Positions 16,293 through 26,649 of a stretch of 64,000 bases of DNA are shown piece after piece. The notes below the pieces were generated by a model that was not told the DNA's origin, did no database searches, and was given only the letters and a program-made list of their open reading frames with translations. Made by a program: the position numbers and the translations under genes. The number at the start of each line of letters is the position of its first letter. Position 1 is the stretch's first letter. The DNA is from an uncultured bacterium (GTDB lineage Bacteria > Patescibacteriota > Minisyncoccia > Moranbacterales > UBA2206). The stretch lies in NCBI GenBank assembly GCA_903831805.1, contig CAIKZD010000017.1:77249-141248 (forward strand), read 5' to 3'.

Positions 16293-17600
16293 ATGAACGA
16301 TCCTATTATTCAAGTCGAGCATTTGAAAGTGATTTATAATAAGGGCAAACAGAATGAGGTGCGCTCGCTTTTTGACGTGAGCGTGAAAATCTATCCCAAG
16401 GAATATGTCATCATTTATGGTCCGTCCGGTTGCGGCAAATCCACTTTGCTCTATTCCATGTCGGGCTTGCAGGCGCCGACGGAAGGACAAGTGACGGTGG
16501 AAGGGCGGAATCTGTCGCAGATATCCAAGAAAGATATGGTGGAATTGCATCAGGTCGGCATCGGCATGGTTTTTCAAGCTTTCTATCTGATTGCTTCGCT
16601 CAGTGTGCTGGAAAATGTCTGTCTGCCAAAAGTCTTTCGGGGGGAATCGAAAAAAGAACGACAAGAAGAAGGTGTTAAGCTTTTACATCGTTTTAGTATC
16701 GTGGAACAGGCTAAAAAATTCCCCAGCGAACTGTCCGGCGGGCAGCGTCAGCGCGTGTCTATTGCTAGGTCACTGGTCAATAATCCGCAGATCATTTTTG
16801 CGGACGAACCGGTGGGAAATCTCGACTCTGAGTCGGCGGAAAATGTGATGCGGATCCTGAAAGAGCTGAATGAAGTGGACAAAAAAACCATCATCTTGGT
16901 GACGCACAATCCTGATCATCTCCATTACGCCGATCGAATCATATATATGAAAGATGGCCGAGTGGTCAAGGAAGAAGTCAACACGGAAAAACGGCCGGTG
17001 GATGCTTTGAAGGTTCCGGATGTCAAATATGAAGAACTTTCCAATGAATTGAAACTTTTGATGCGCACTTTCAAAAATCTCAGTCTGGCCCAGATTGGCT
17101 CGCTGATGGTGCCGTTTAAGGCCAATCAGTTGATGTCGCATATCTTGTCCGAGCTCAGTCGCGAACAAGTTCAGGTGGCGGAAAGTTATCTAAAAGAGTT
17201 TTTGTTTAATAATATTGATGCGGAAACAATGTTCAAAGATCTGGATATGAAATATGAAGATGGCGGCGCGGATTGGAACAAAAGAAGAGCCGCTTCATTT
17301 ATGGAAAGAGTCACTGCCATTACGGATCTTTCACGGGCATTGACTGAGAAGAATGAAACTGAATCATCCGAGGCGATGGCCAAATATCTAATCCATCTAT
17401 TCAAATTGAAAATGGATCAGGATGAGATGCGCGTTCTGGCTTCTTTTTTACGATTGCGGCTCAGGAATAAGATTGATCGCGAAGAATTGGAAAAGAAGTT
17501 GGATGCGCCGAAAAAAGCGGAAGGGGCAGGATTACACAGCGTGACGGCGGAAAAAATTTCCCGCGAAGTGGAAATCATTATGCTTATGAAATATAGCTAA
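16293..17600 (+). CDS. ABC transporter ATP-binding protein (MacB/LolD/FtsE-like) with ~200-aa C-terminal extension
   Basis: Walker A GPSGCGKST, signature LSGGQRQRVSIARSL, Walker B IIFADEP; C-terminal half is non-ABC and charged/helical. Confidence 0.9.
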   Translation: MNDPIIQVEHLKVIYNKGKQNEVRSLFDVSVKIYPKEYVIIYGPSGCGKSTLLYSMSGLQAPTEGQVTVEGRNLSQISKKDMVELHQVGIGMVFQAFYLIASLSVLENVCLPKVFRGESKKERQEEGVKLLHRFSIVEQAKKFPSELSGGQRQRVSIARSLVNNPQIIFADEPVGNLDSESAENVMRILKELNEVDKKTIILVTHNPDHLHYADRIIYMKDGRVVKEEVNTEKRPVDALKVPDVKYEELSNELKLLMRTFKNLSLAQIGSLMVPFKANQLMSHILSELSREQVQVAESYLKEFLFNNIDAETMFKDLDMKYEDGGADWNKRRAASFMERVTAITDLSRALTEKNETESSEAMAKYLIHLFKLKMDQDEMRVLASFLRLRLRNKIDREELEKKLDAPKKAEGAGLHSVTAEKISREVEIIMLMKYS

Positions 17601-17607
17601 AAATTTT

Positions 17608-18816
17608 ATGAAATTTAAAGATTTATTCTTGCTGTCCACTCGTATGTTCAAGGCGCGACCCTCGCGCACCTTTCTGACGATTTTGGGCATGAGTGTCGGC
17701 ATCGGAGCCATTATTTTTTTGGTGTCTTTCGGCTATGGCTTGCAAAATACGCTGTTGCAAAAAATCACTACTTCCGATTCTCTTTTGACGCTGGACGTGA
17801 CGCCAGATCGCTCTAAAGCGACACTGCTTGATCAAGGCGCGGTGGACAAAATCGCCGCAGTTAGTGGCGTGGTGAAGATTAGCCCAGCCTATCAGCTGGA
17901 TACCCGAGGCAATATTAATAATTTGTCAGCGGATTTTACCGCCCTAGTGGCTTCCCCGGATTATCTCAAACTGGGCGGGCTTAAATCCTCGGCTGGCATA
18001 TTGCTGAGCGACGAAACACTGACTGGCATCGCCATGTCCACTGCTACGGCTAAAATTTTCGGGCGTGAGCCGGTGGCATTGATTGGCAAGGACATCACGC
18101 TTTCTTTTTCGACCGCTAAGAATGCCAATGGAAGTCCTGTCAGTAATGGGGAAGCGGAAAAAATCAATATTCCAGCAGGCCAGTTTAAAATTTTAGGCAT
18201 TTTTGAGAGTGATGACAGCCTGATCTACGTCAACCAAAAAGCTTTGTCAGGTGTCCAGACGCCCGTTTTCAGCCAGTTGAAAGTCAAATGCCAGGAAAGC
18301 AAAATCATGCCAAACGTCCAGAAGGAAATAATGGGTTTAGGTTTTTCGGTGTCTTCTATTTCAGATACGGTCGATCAAGCGAATAAAATTTTTGGCATAA
18401 TCAAAGCCGTGTTGATGTTGTTTGGGTGTATTGCCCTCATTGTGAGCGCCATTGGGATGTTTAACACTATGACCATTACTCTTCTTGAGCGGACGGAAGA
18501 GATCGGGATTATGAAATCCATCGGAGCGTCTGACTCAATGATTTCTTGGATGTTCATCATGGAATCCACTATCATGGGTTTTCTGGGCGGTTTCATCGGC
18601 ATTATCATCGGCTGGACAGAAGGTCAAATCTTCAACGTCATGGTCAATCTGATTGCCACTCATTTCGGGGGAGAAAAAGTCAGCTTATTCTATAGCCCAC
18701 TGTGGTTTGTTTCGTCTGTCATTCTTTTTTCCGCTTTTGTCGGACTTCTTACTGGGATTGTACCGGCGCGGCGGGCTTCAAGAATCGATCCTCTGGAAGC
18801 GTTAAGGTATAAATAG
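17608..18816 (+). CDS. ABC transporter permease, FtsX/MacB-like
   Basis: N-terminal TM, large periplasmic loop, C-terminal FtsX-type 3-TM bundle (SIGASDSMISWMFIMES); ATPase located immediately upstream. Confidence 0.85.
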   Translation: MKFKDLFLLSTRMFKARPSRTFLTILGMSVGIGAIIFLVSFGYGLQNTLLQKITTSDSLLTLDVTPDRSKATLLDQGAVDKIAAVSGVVKISPAYQLDTRGNINNLSADFTALVASPDYLKLGGLKSSAGILLSDETLTGIAMSTATAKIFGREPVALIGKDITLSFSTAKNANGSPVSNGEAEKINIPAGQFKILGIFESDDSLIYVNQKALSGVQTPVFSQLKVKCQESKIMPNVQKEIMGLGFSVSSISDTVDQANKIFGIIKAVLMLFGCIALIVSAIGMFNTMTITLLERTEEIGIMKSIGASDSMISWMFIMESTIMGFLGGFIGIIIGWTEGQIFNVMVNLIATHFGGEKVSLFYSPLWFVSSVILFSAFVGLLTGIVPARRASRIDPLEALRYK

Positions 18817-18844
18817 AAGTATTTTACTTTGTTCGAAAACAAAA

Positions 18845-18870
18845 CCAGCCCTTAAAAAGGCTGGTTTTTT
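18845..18870. terminator. Bidirectional rho-independent terminator
   Basis: ccagcc cttaaaaa ggctgg tttttt between the permease gene and the convergent tRNA. Confidence 0.6.
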
Positions 18871-18955
18871 GGTGCCGAAGGAGAGAATCGAACTCTCATG
18901 GAATTGCTCCCGCGCGATTTTGAGTCGCGTGCGTCTACCGTTCCGCCACTTCGGC
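18870..18955 (-). tRNA. tRNA-Leu (anticodon CAA), CCA encoded
   Basis: Reverse complement GCCGAAGTGGCGGAACGGTAGACGCACGCGACTCAAAATCGCGCGGGAGCAATTCCATGAGAGTTCGATTCTCTCCTTCGGCACCA: 7-bp acceptor stem, 3-bp D stem, anticodon loop CT-CAA-AA, long variable arm, GTTCGATTC T-loop. Confidence 0.9.
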
Positions 18956-19011
18956 AAGTTATTTTGTGTTTTGCTCCTTCTATAGTACAATAAGGATAAC
19001 ACTTAGACATT

Positions 19012-19803
19012 ATGGCAAAAATAATTTCATTAGTCAACCAGAAAGGCGGAGTGGGCAAAACCACCTCGGCTATCAACCTGGCGACCTATTTGGCCGCGGC
19101 CGGGAAGTTTGTGCTGCTCTGCGACCTTGATCCACAAGGCAATGCTTCGTCCGGCTTGGGACTAGACGTGCGTAACATCAAAAAAAGCCTTTATCATTCC
19201 ATGATCATTGGGGAGCATCCGTCGAAAATCATTATCCGCACGGAAACTTTTGGTCATGATCTGATTCCGGCTTCGCAAGATTTGGCCGGTGCCGGTATCG
19301 AGCTGGTGCATATGGAAAATCGTGAATTTCGACTGTATAATGTGCTGCGAGAAATCCGCACCAACTATGATTACATCATCATTGATTCGCCGCCGAGTCT
19401 TGGCCTGCTCACAATCAATGGTCTCGTGGCCAGCGATGAAATCATCATCCCAGTGCAGACGGAATATTTCGCGCTGGAAGGACTGAGTCAGCTCCTGAAC
19501 ACAATTGATCTAGTGCGTGACAACTTGCAGCCCAATTTGAAAATTATGGGCGCGCTGCTTACGATGTATGACAAGCGGAACCGTTTGGCGCGCCAAGTAG
19601 TGCGAGAAATTCAGGATCATTTTCCCGGACATGTCTTCGATTCGATCGTGCCGCGCTCGGTGCGGTTGGCGGAAGCCCCCGGTTTTGGCAAATCAATTTT
19701 GAGTTTTGATGCTTTTTCCAAAGGGGCGCGGGCGTATAAAAATCTGGCGCGGGAAATCATTGAATTGGATAAAAAGGATAATAAAAAAGGATTTAGCGTA
19801 TAG
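19012..19803 (+). CDS. parA: Chromosome partitioning ATPase ParA/Soj
   Basis: KIISLVNQKGGVGKTTSAINLA deviant Walker A; 263 aa. Confidence 0.92.
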   Translation: MAKIISLVNQKGGVGKTTSAINLATYLAAAGKFVLLCDLDPQGNASSGLGLDVRNIKKSLYHSMIIGEHPSKIIIRTETFGHDLIPASQDLAGAGIELVHMENREFRLYNVLREIRTNYDYIIIDSPPSLGLLTINGLVASDEIIIPVQTEYFALEGLSQLLNTIDLVRDNLQPNLKIMGALLTMYDKRNRLARQVVREIQDHFPGHVFDSIVPRSVRLAEAPGFGKSILSFDAFSKGARAYKNLAREIIELDKKDNKKGFSV

Positions 19804-19826
19804 GGTCAATTTTAACTTTTATATTT

Positions 19827-20777
19827 ATGGCACAAAACTATGGATTAGGCAGGGGACTCTCCTCCCTTATCCCGCAAAAAAAACCTCCAGTACAAACTTC
19901 AGATGACGTAATCAGCGAGCCCAAAGAAGATTTCAACTATTTTGGGAATCGGGGAAATGTTTCCGCAGGCATCGGAAAGATGGCTGAGGAAAAGAAAGCG
20001 GGTCTCGATGAAAATGTCATTCAAGAAGTGGCGGTGGCCAGCATTATTCCCAATCCGTATCAACCGCGTTTGGAATTTAATGAAGAAAAATTGCAGGAAT
20101 TGTCCAACTCGATTAAGACCCACGGTATCATCCAGCCTTTGATCGTCACTAAAAACGAGGCCGGGTTCGAGCTGATTGCGGGGGAAAGAAGATTGCAAGC
20201 GGCCAAGTTGGCCGGACTCTTAAAGGTGCCAGTGATTGTGCGCGAAGCGAGCGAGCAGAATAAATTCGAATTGGCCATTATTGAAAATGTGCAGCGCCAT
20301 GATTTGAATCTGGTGGAAGAAGCCAAGTCGTATAAAAAGTTGGCGGAAGAATTTGACTTAAGTCAGGAGGAGATTGCTCAAAAAATCGGCAAGAGCCGCA
20401 GTGTGATCGCTAACCGTATGCGCCTCCTTACTTTGCCGATCGAAATCCAAAAAGCGTTGACACTTGGAAGCATAACTGAAGGTCATGCCAAGCTGCTTTT
20501 GGCTATTCCGAATCCGGAAAAACAACGGGCTTTTTTTGAAATGATTTTGAAAGATAAGTTGACGGTGCGCCAGACCGAAAGTCGGACCAATGAAATTTCG
20601 GTGCGCACACACAAACGAAAAATTTCCGTTGACCCGGAAACAAAAAACTTGGAGGACAACTTTTCGGCCGTCCTTGGCACTAAAGTCCGAATCAAGAAGT
20701 CCGGCACTGGCGGACGCATTGTAATTGAATATTATTCGCCGGAAGAGCTGGATGGAATTTTAGGCAAGATAAAATAA
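19827..20777 (+). CDS. parB: Chromosome partitioning protein ParB/Spo0J
   Basis: GIIQPLIVT...GFELIAGERRLQAAKLAG ParB box; HTH; 316 aa. Confidence 0.9.
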   Translation: MAQNYGLGRGLSSLIPQKKPPVQTSDDVISEPKEDFNYFGNRGNVSAGIGKMAEEKKAGLDENVIQEVAVASIIPNPYQPRLEFNEEKLQELSNSIKTHGIIQPLIVTKNEAGFELIAGERRLQAAKLAGLLKVPVIVREASEQNKFELAIIENVQRHDLNLVEEAKSYKKLAEEFDLSQEEIAQKIGKSRSVIANRMRLLTLPIEIQKALTLGSITEGHAKLLLAIPNPEKQRAFFEMILKDKLTVRQTESRTNEISVRTHKRKISVDPETKNLEDNFSAVLGTKVRIKKSGTGGRIVIEYYSPEELDGILGKIK

Positions 20778-20787
20778 ATTATTTGTT

Positions 20788-21768
20788 ATGAATAAAAAAT
20801 ATTTAACGGCCGGGTTTGTATTGGCGGTGGTCTTGGTCGCCGGATTTTTATTTTGGAAAAAAAATAATCAAGCGGCTGTTCTCAAAAATGGCTCTAAAAC
20901 TCAGTCGCTGGATATTTCCCAAGTTGTTCCATACACCGCGCCTAAAACGCCAGTCAAACATATCTTCATTGTGCTGGAAGAAAACAAGGATTATGCCGCA
21001 GTCGTGGGCAACACTAAAGATATGCCGTACTGGAATTCTTTGTCCGGTACATATGCGAGCGCGGACAACTATTATGCCAACACTCATCCTTCGGTGGGCA
21101 ATTATTTCATGTTGACGGCCGGGAAAATCATCACTAATAATGATGGCTATGCCAAGACGATTGACGATGACAATATAGTGCGGCAGCTCATGGCGGCCGG
21201 TAAAACCTGGAAAGAATATTCGGAAGATCTGCCAGCTGTTGGTTACACCGGTGGCAACGTCGGCAATTACAGTCAGCACCATAATCCATTGTCCTATTTT
21301 TCCGATGTGCGCAATAACCCACAGCAGGCGCAAAACCTGGTGCCTTTCTCTCAGTTGGCCACCGATATCACCAATAACACTTTGCCGGAATATGCTTTTA
21401 TCGTGCCCAATATGATTAATGATGCACACAGCTGTCCCGCTAGTGGACCGTGTAATGAACTCGCGGCGGCGGACAAATGGCTGAAAGAAAAAATTGATCC
21501 ACTCGTAAAAAGCCCGGAATTTAGCATGCCCGGCGGGGGACTGCTCATTCTCACTTTCGATGAAGCGGACGCATCAGACAAAACCAATGGCGGGGGACGC
21601 ATCCCCTGGGTCTTGGTAGGCCCGGATGTGAAGAAAGGTTATGTCAGTCATACTTTCTACCAACAAGAAAACACTTTACGTTTTATGGCAGAGGAAGCTG
21701 GTTTGACCACTTTTCCCGGGGCGGCAGCCAACGTAAGCAGTATGCAAGAATTTATGCAAGGCAATTAG
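20788..21768 (+). CDS. Phosphoesterase-family protein (AcpA / non-haemolytic phospholipase C-like), membrane-anchored
   Basis: N-terminal TM anchor; HIFIVLEENKDY and downstream conserved blocks typical of PF04185-type phosphoesterases. Confidence 0.65.
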   Translation: MNKKYLTAGFVLAVVLVAGFLFWKKNNQAAVLKNGSKTQSLDISQVVPYTAPKTPVKHIFIVLEENKDYAAVVGNTKDMPYWNSLSGTYASADNYYANTHPSVGNYFMLTAGKIITNNDGYAKTIDDDNIVRQLMAAGKTWKEYSEDLPAVGYTGGNVGNYSQHHNPLSYFSDVRNNPQQAQNLVPFSQLATDITNNTLPEYAFIVPNMINDAHSCPASGPCNELAAADKWLKEKIDPLVKSPEFSMPGGGLLILTFDEADASDKTNGGGRIPWVLVGPDVKKGYVSHTFYQQENTLRFMAEEAGLTTFPGAAANVSSMQEFMQGN

Positions 21769-21770
21769 AT

Positions 21771-23429
21771 TCAATTCACAAGTTTCGAAATAGACACTTG
21801 CCCGAAATTTTGGCGGCTATCAATTGGGTAGTCGTTTTCTTTTTCAGCTGAAGAATTTTTTACATTAGCCTCTATATAGAAAAGGGGTATATGCAGTCGG
21901 ATATTGTCTGGTCGTGGGGTTTGCAGCAAGGTAAAATTTTGTTCTTCAGCTAAATATTGTAAGGCTTTGGAAAAATTGGATAAATAGCGCGGGTCACCTG
22001 TCAGTTGCGCTTCTTTTTGATTGTCTGAGTTAGCTATAATGTATTGCAACATCGGTTCGATTTCTCCCAGCACGACAAAGTGCTCATTGCTGCGGTTTTT
22101 AGCGGTTAGCTCGTGGGCGTTGGTGGCGATAACTTGTAGATTGACCAAGGCCACCGCTAGAAAAAGCAGGACGATCAGGAAAGAATAAAAACGGGCAAAT
22201 TTTCGGATAGGATATTCAGCCAAAAAACCAAGGAAGAGGAAAGGTAGGAAAAAGATATGGATGAAATAGCGGAAATCCACAAAGCCGGCGTTGACAATCA
22301 TGGTCATTACGAAAAATGACAGGATTGAATAGAGCGCGATCAGATGCAAAAAATATTTTTTACTTTCATCTTTTTCACTGAAACATCGATGGATGAATAA
22401 GGCATAGCCAAGGATTGAAAATATGAGACCCAGGAGCAGGATTTTTTTAGAGTTGGGTAGTTCTTGGGTTCGGAGGCGCACTCCGGAAACGACAGTGTTA
22501 TTCCGGAAGAGAGCTAGGTAGGAAAGTGTACAGGCGTTGGCTCCGTCAGAAGAAGCCATGTAGGTGTTGGCTTCTATGTGACAATCCACTGCATTGACAA
22601 ACATGGTGCGCAGAGAATTTTTTCTATCTTGACCGACCGAGCCATGCGAAGTGAAGTTGTTCAGAAAAATTTTAGTGTTGGAAAAGTTAGCTTGAAACTC
22701 ACTGATGATTTGTGGCACGTTCAGAATAAAAGCGATACATAGCACAGCGGCCATTTTTTTCCACAAGGTTTTATTTTTGAGCCACAAATAAACAAAAGCA
22801 AAAAAAAGCGTGGCTGGCAAGAGCCCCATTAGGATGGCGTGCAATTGGAAGCCAATGCCCAGGGCTATGCCCAGAGAAAGTATCCACATCCAGTGTGTCT
22901 GTTCTTTTTTAACCAATAACTCATGTAGTGAAAGCAAGAACAAGAGGACAAAAAAGGGAATGATATTCGGATTCCACGCGAAGCGCGAATATTGGATGGA
23001 AAAGGAAGAAATGGCGTAAAGACCAGTTAGACTCAGGGATATATTTTGGTTGAAATAGCGTCTAACAAAAAGATAAAAAAGCGGCAGTGACAAAATTGAA
23101 AAGAAAAGGATTGGGTAAACTGTTGTGTCGGGCTGGGTGCCAAAAATCTGGGCACTCATAATTTGGAAATAATAAAAGATTGGGCCGAGGTGGAAAATTT
23201 TACTATGCGGCCCGCCCGAGCCGGTCATATCCGGGCCGAGGAGCGGCCAGGCGGTGTGTCCTTGCACGACATTACGCACCAATGTGGCTTCGGCCACTTG
23301 ATCATTTTCGAATTCCAACCAGGCATGAAAATGATAAGTGCGCAAAAAAATCCCGACCACGATTATTGCAATCAATAGCCATATCTTATAGCTGACTTTC
23401 TTCAGCTGCAAAAAGAAATCCTTGTTCAT
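21771..23429 (-). CDS. GT-C family glycosyltransferase (ArnT/PMT-like, 4-amino-arabinose/mannosyltransferase-like)
   Basis: 552 aa polytopic; N-terminal LRTYHFHAWLEFENDQ...NPNIIPFFVLLFLLSL pattern; paralog of 30996..32615. Confidence 0.7.
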   Translation of the reverse strand: MNKDFFLQLKKVSYKIWLLIAIIVVGIFLRTYHFHAWLEFENDQVAEATLVRNVVQGHTAWPLLGPDMTGSGGPHSKIFHLGPIFYYFQIMSAQIFGTQPDTTVYPILFFSILSLPLFYLFVRRYFNQNISLSLTGLYAISSFSIQYSRFAWNPNIIPFFVLLFLLSLHELLVKKEQTHWMWILSLGIALGIGFQLHAILMGLLPATLFFAFVYLWLKNKTLWKKMAAVLCIAFILNVPQIISEFQANFSNTKIFLNNFTSHGSVGQDRKNSLRTMFVNAVDCHIEANTYMASSDGANACTLSYLALFRNNTVVSGVRLRTQELPNSKKILLLGLIFSILGYALFIHRCFSEKDESKKYFLHLIALYSILSFFVMTMIVNAGFVDFRYFIHIFFLPFLFLGFLAEYPIRKFARFYSFLIVLLFLAVALVNLQVIATNAHELTAKNRSNEHFVVLGEIEPMLQYIIANSDNQKEAQLTGDPRYLSNFSKALQYLAEEQNFTLLQTPRPDNIRLHIPLFYIEANVKNSSAEKENDYPIDSRQNFGQVSISKLVN

Positions 23430-23462
23430 TGTGATTTTAGGGTGGGGTGAGTTTAAATTGTT

Positions 23463-25421
23463 TTAAAATCGACTGATGAGCCAGTCCCAAAAACGCACGA
23501 AGGAGTTGGCGGTTGGATGCACCGATAAAATAAAGCCGTTCCGCGGGGCTTGAGAAAAATCGAAATCATTTTTAAGATCGCCCAAGATTGGGACATTTTC
23601 CCGTACTGTCGGTCGCGGATCGGGGCGGCCATCAGTTGCGGGATCGAGCCGGGCGCCCTGCATAAAATCGTCTTCTATAAATTTTAAATAGGCGTCAAAA
23701 CTCAGTGTTTGATGATCAATGTAACCTTTTTTAGCATACGGGCTAATGACCAGACTCGGAACTCGTAGTCCATAGCCATTTTGATCAACCACTGGCGGCG
23801 TGACATGATCATAAAATCCGCCCCAGTCATCCCAGGCCAGGATAATAGCAGAGTCTTTCCATTCCGGACTTTGCATGACAGCGTTTATTATGCTAGTGGT
23901 GTAAGCTTGGCCATCGCTAATAAGGGCTGGAGAGTGTTCGCTATTAGTCTGATTGGGGACAATCCAAGACACGCTGGGCAGCGTGTCGTTTTTAGCGGCG
24001 GTAATAAATTTATTGATATCTTGAATGTTTTGTAATTGGTTATTTTGTTTCACCGTTTCAAAATCAACCAAGGGATTCCAATAGCTGGAGATGTGGGGAT
24101 TTTGCGGCAAGGGCGCACAAGTCATGGCGTCATCGTCGCAATCCGGTTGCGCACCTTGGTCTAAATAATAGCCCCAACTGACATTATATTTATGCAATAA
24201 ATAAGTGATATCTGTCCAAGCATAGTCCGGGTTGTTTTTGGGTAATTTCGGACTTTGCAATTTATTTTGACAGCTCATTGGGTCACTCGATTTACACTTG
24301 GCTGACCAAGATGAAACCATATAGAGGTGAGCGATCAAGCTCCAGGAGGCGTTCGGTTCGAACATATGGTCTTGTAAGACAAAATTTTTGGCGTAAGTCC
24401 AATAATTGGGAATTTCCGCGTCAGTGTGATAACCCACTACATCCGGTAAACCTTTATTAGTCGCGCAGCTTGGATCAGGATTATTTTTACACGCTTGCTT
24501 AATGGCTGCTTCTTCTTGGACGATAAACCCATCCATCTTGCCACTATTGATGTCACCGACCGCGTCGCTAGCTTGGTGTGGTCCGCCGGAATTTTGATCT
24601 TGCACGTTATGGAAGGGCTTTATGCAAGTCTTAGTGTTAGGGTCGGGAATGCAAACGGTTGGTTGGTCATTCTTCATCGGAATACCATCCGCGCCAGGGA
24701 ACGTGCCGAAATAGGAATCGAAAGAGCGATTTTCCTGCATGATAAAGATGACGTGTTTGATCTTATGGATGTCGTCGTCCGTGGAGGTTTGTAGGGCGAC
24801 GTTGCCCGTAGTGTCCAGATTGTAAAGCTTATTCCAAGGCATCTGTTTGTTCCCAATTATGAAAACAACTAGACCGGCTAAAAAAATAAAACCAATAATT
24901 AATATGAACCAAGAACGCTTGCTTAACTTAGGAAAATGCAAGCGATCTATTTTTGCGATTAAGTGTGGAAAAATTAACTTCCAAGCGAAATAGGCTACGG
25001 CCGCGGAAAGTATCAAACTAGTAGAAATATCCACCCAGTGATGTACGCCGGCTAGTACTCGAGCAGCGCCGACTATGGCGGCGGCCACAAAGAAGAGTGA
25101 GCCAGCTTTTTTTCGGAAACAAAAAATGGCGGCGGCCACTGCGCCTAAAATCAGCGTATGGTCCGAAGGGAAGCCATTATCGGCGTCGTGCGGGATAAGT
25201 GGGACAAAATGGCTAGCCACGAACGGACGAGGATCATAATAAGCCAAAGACAATAGTTTGGCTGCGGCGTAGGTCAGTGGCAGCGCTAGCAGGGCAAAAA
25301 ATAAAAAGCGCCGGCGTTCGACTGCGGGCAATCGGAAAAGAAACCACAGGGCGGCGGCCAAAACCAAAAAGATGAAATCTTTAGCCAGGAAAATTATAAG
25401 CAGGTTGAATAAATTAGACAT
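23463..25421 (-). CDS. PAP2 phosphatase domain fused to phosphoesterase (phospholipase C/acid phosphatase) domain
   Basis: N-terminus: [11 protein letters not shown]...[11 protein letters not shown]2 motifs in a 6-TM region; C-terminus: [23 protein letters not shown] phosphoesterase signature. Confidence 0.75.
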   Translation of the reverse strand: MSNLFNLLIIFLAKDFIFLVLAAALWFLFRLPAVERRRFLFFALLALPLTYAAAKLLSLAYYDPRPFVASHFVPLIPHDADNGFPSDHTLILGAVAAAIFCFRKKAGSLFFVAAAIVGAARVLAGVHHWVDISTSLILSAAVAYFAWKLIFPHLIAKIDRLHFPKLSKRSWFILIIGFIFLAGLVVFIIGNKQMPWNKLYNLDTTGNVALQTSTDDDIHKIKHVIFIMQENRSFDSYFGTFPGADGIPMKNDQPTVCIPDPNTKTCIKPFHNVQDQNSGGPHQASDAVGDINSGKMDGFIVQEEAAIKQACKNNPDPSCATNKGLPDVVGYHTDAEIPNYWTYAKNFVLQDHMFEPNASWSLIAHLYMVSSWSAKCKSSDPMSCQNKLQSPKLPKNNPDYAWTDITYLLHKYNVSWGYYLDQGAQPDCDDDAMTCAPLPQNPHISSYWNPLVDFETVKQNNQLQNIQDINKFITAAKNDTLPSVSWIVPNQTNSEHSPALISDGQAYTTSIINAVMQSPEWKDSAIILAWDDWGGFYDHVTPPVVDQNGYGLRVPSLVISPYAKKGYIDHQTLSFDAYLKFIEDDFMQGARLDPATDGRPDPRPTVRENVPILGDLKNDFDFSQAPRNGFILSVHPTANSFVRFWDWLISRF

Positions 25422-25447
25422 GAGGAGTAGTACTTTTGTTAGTTAAA

Positions 25448-26617
25448 TTATTTCTTATACAGATAGAAGAAATCTTTGGCATAGCCGTTCAAATATTCTT
25501 TGGAGCCGTCAGTCAATTCTTTGGTCAAAGTCGTAGAAGTGTATTTTCCTCCGCCGGCCGGCTCGAAAATGTTGAACCGCACCCAGATGGGATTGATGTC
25601 CAACTGGATGGCATTAACCGCGCCGGCGGTTTTTAGAGCAGCGGCCAGGGTGTCTGGGGTGAGATTGTTGCCGACGGCGAAAATCAAATTGCCTTTGGCG
25701 GTGAGGCCGATGCCAGAACGCCAAGTATAGATGCCCACCGTGCCAGCGGCCAAGCGACCCCAAAGCAGTTTATTTTTTGGGTCAGACACGCTGATATTTC
25801 CGTCTTGGATAAGCATTGGGCAATTTTGGCGAATAAACAGCATGTCGCTGCCAAAAGACTGGCCGGAATAATCCACAATTTTCAAGCTCCCGTCTTTATA
25901 ACCAACCAGCGTGCCTAGATCATTTTTGAGAGGCAGGTAAGTGGTGCTGCCGACAATCATCCCGTATTGACCATCTTTATATTGGAAGCCGCCATCAAAA
26001 GCGGAAATAAGATTGCCACTAGCTAAAATATCTTTGGGAATCACGCCCGGTCCGGGTTTTCCCACTGGCCCGCCGGGTTGCTTTGTGCCGGCTACGCTGC
26101 CCATTTGCATGACACTCATATCCATCTGTACTAAAGTCACGCTGGCATAGGACCTGTCCGGATCAGGGCGGACAAAGGTATAAGCCATCACCTCTTGGCC
26201 GGGAAAAAGACTGAGGGGGTGGTCGCGCCATACGCCTTCACCGTCCAGCGGTGGGAAAGAGTTAATAAGACTAATCGGATTCAAATCTAAATTTCCGCCG
26301 CTGATGTTGGATGCGCCGGCATCTTCGAATCGGGGCGGTTTATCGGCGTGTAAGTTGTTAGTCAAACGTTGCAATTGATCGGAAGTATTGAAAAAAATCT
26401 TTTCAAGATAAACGACCCGGTTATCGCCCAATAGTGGTCGCAGAACATTATCCGTAAAAACGGCCGCCGCCCCCAGATTGAGTTTCAAGAAGAATAGAGC
26501 GCCTAGCAAAAGCAAACACCCGGCCAAAATTATTTTTATGACCCAGTGTATTTTTCGGCGTTTCTTTTTTCCAGAATTTTCAACCGGTGTGGCCGGTGTT
26601 TGAGAAGTTTCTTCCAT
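25448..26617 (-). CDS. Membrane-anchored phosphodiester glycosidase-like protein (DUF2233-like)
   Basis: N-terminal TM; C-terminal NAIQLDINPIWVRF-type block resembles the phosphodiester glycosidase family; assignment tentative. Confidence 0.45.
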   Translation of the reverse strand: MEETSQTPATPVENSGKKKRRKIHWVIKIILAGCLLLLGALFFLKLNLGAAAVFTDNVLRPLLGDNRVVYLEKIFFNTSDQLQRLTNNLHADKPPRFEDAGASNISGGNLDLNPISLINSFPPLDGEGVWRDHPLSLFPGQEVMAYTFVRPDPDRSYASVTLVQMDMSVMQMGSVAGTKQPGGPVGKPGPGVIPKDILASGNLISAFDGGFQYKDGQYGMIVGSTTYLPLKNDLGTLVGYKDGSLKIVDYSGQSFGSDMLFIRQNCPMLIQDGNISVSDPKNKLLWGRLAAGTVGIYTWRSGIGLTAKGNLIFAVGNNLTPDTLAAALKTAGAVNAIQLDINPIWVRFNIFEPAGGGKYTSTTLTKELTDGSKEYLNGYAKDFFYLYKK

Positions 26618-26649
26618 AGATAGGCTATTTTTGCACTAAGGATTAAAAT

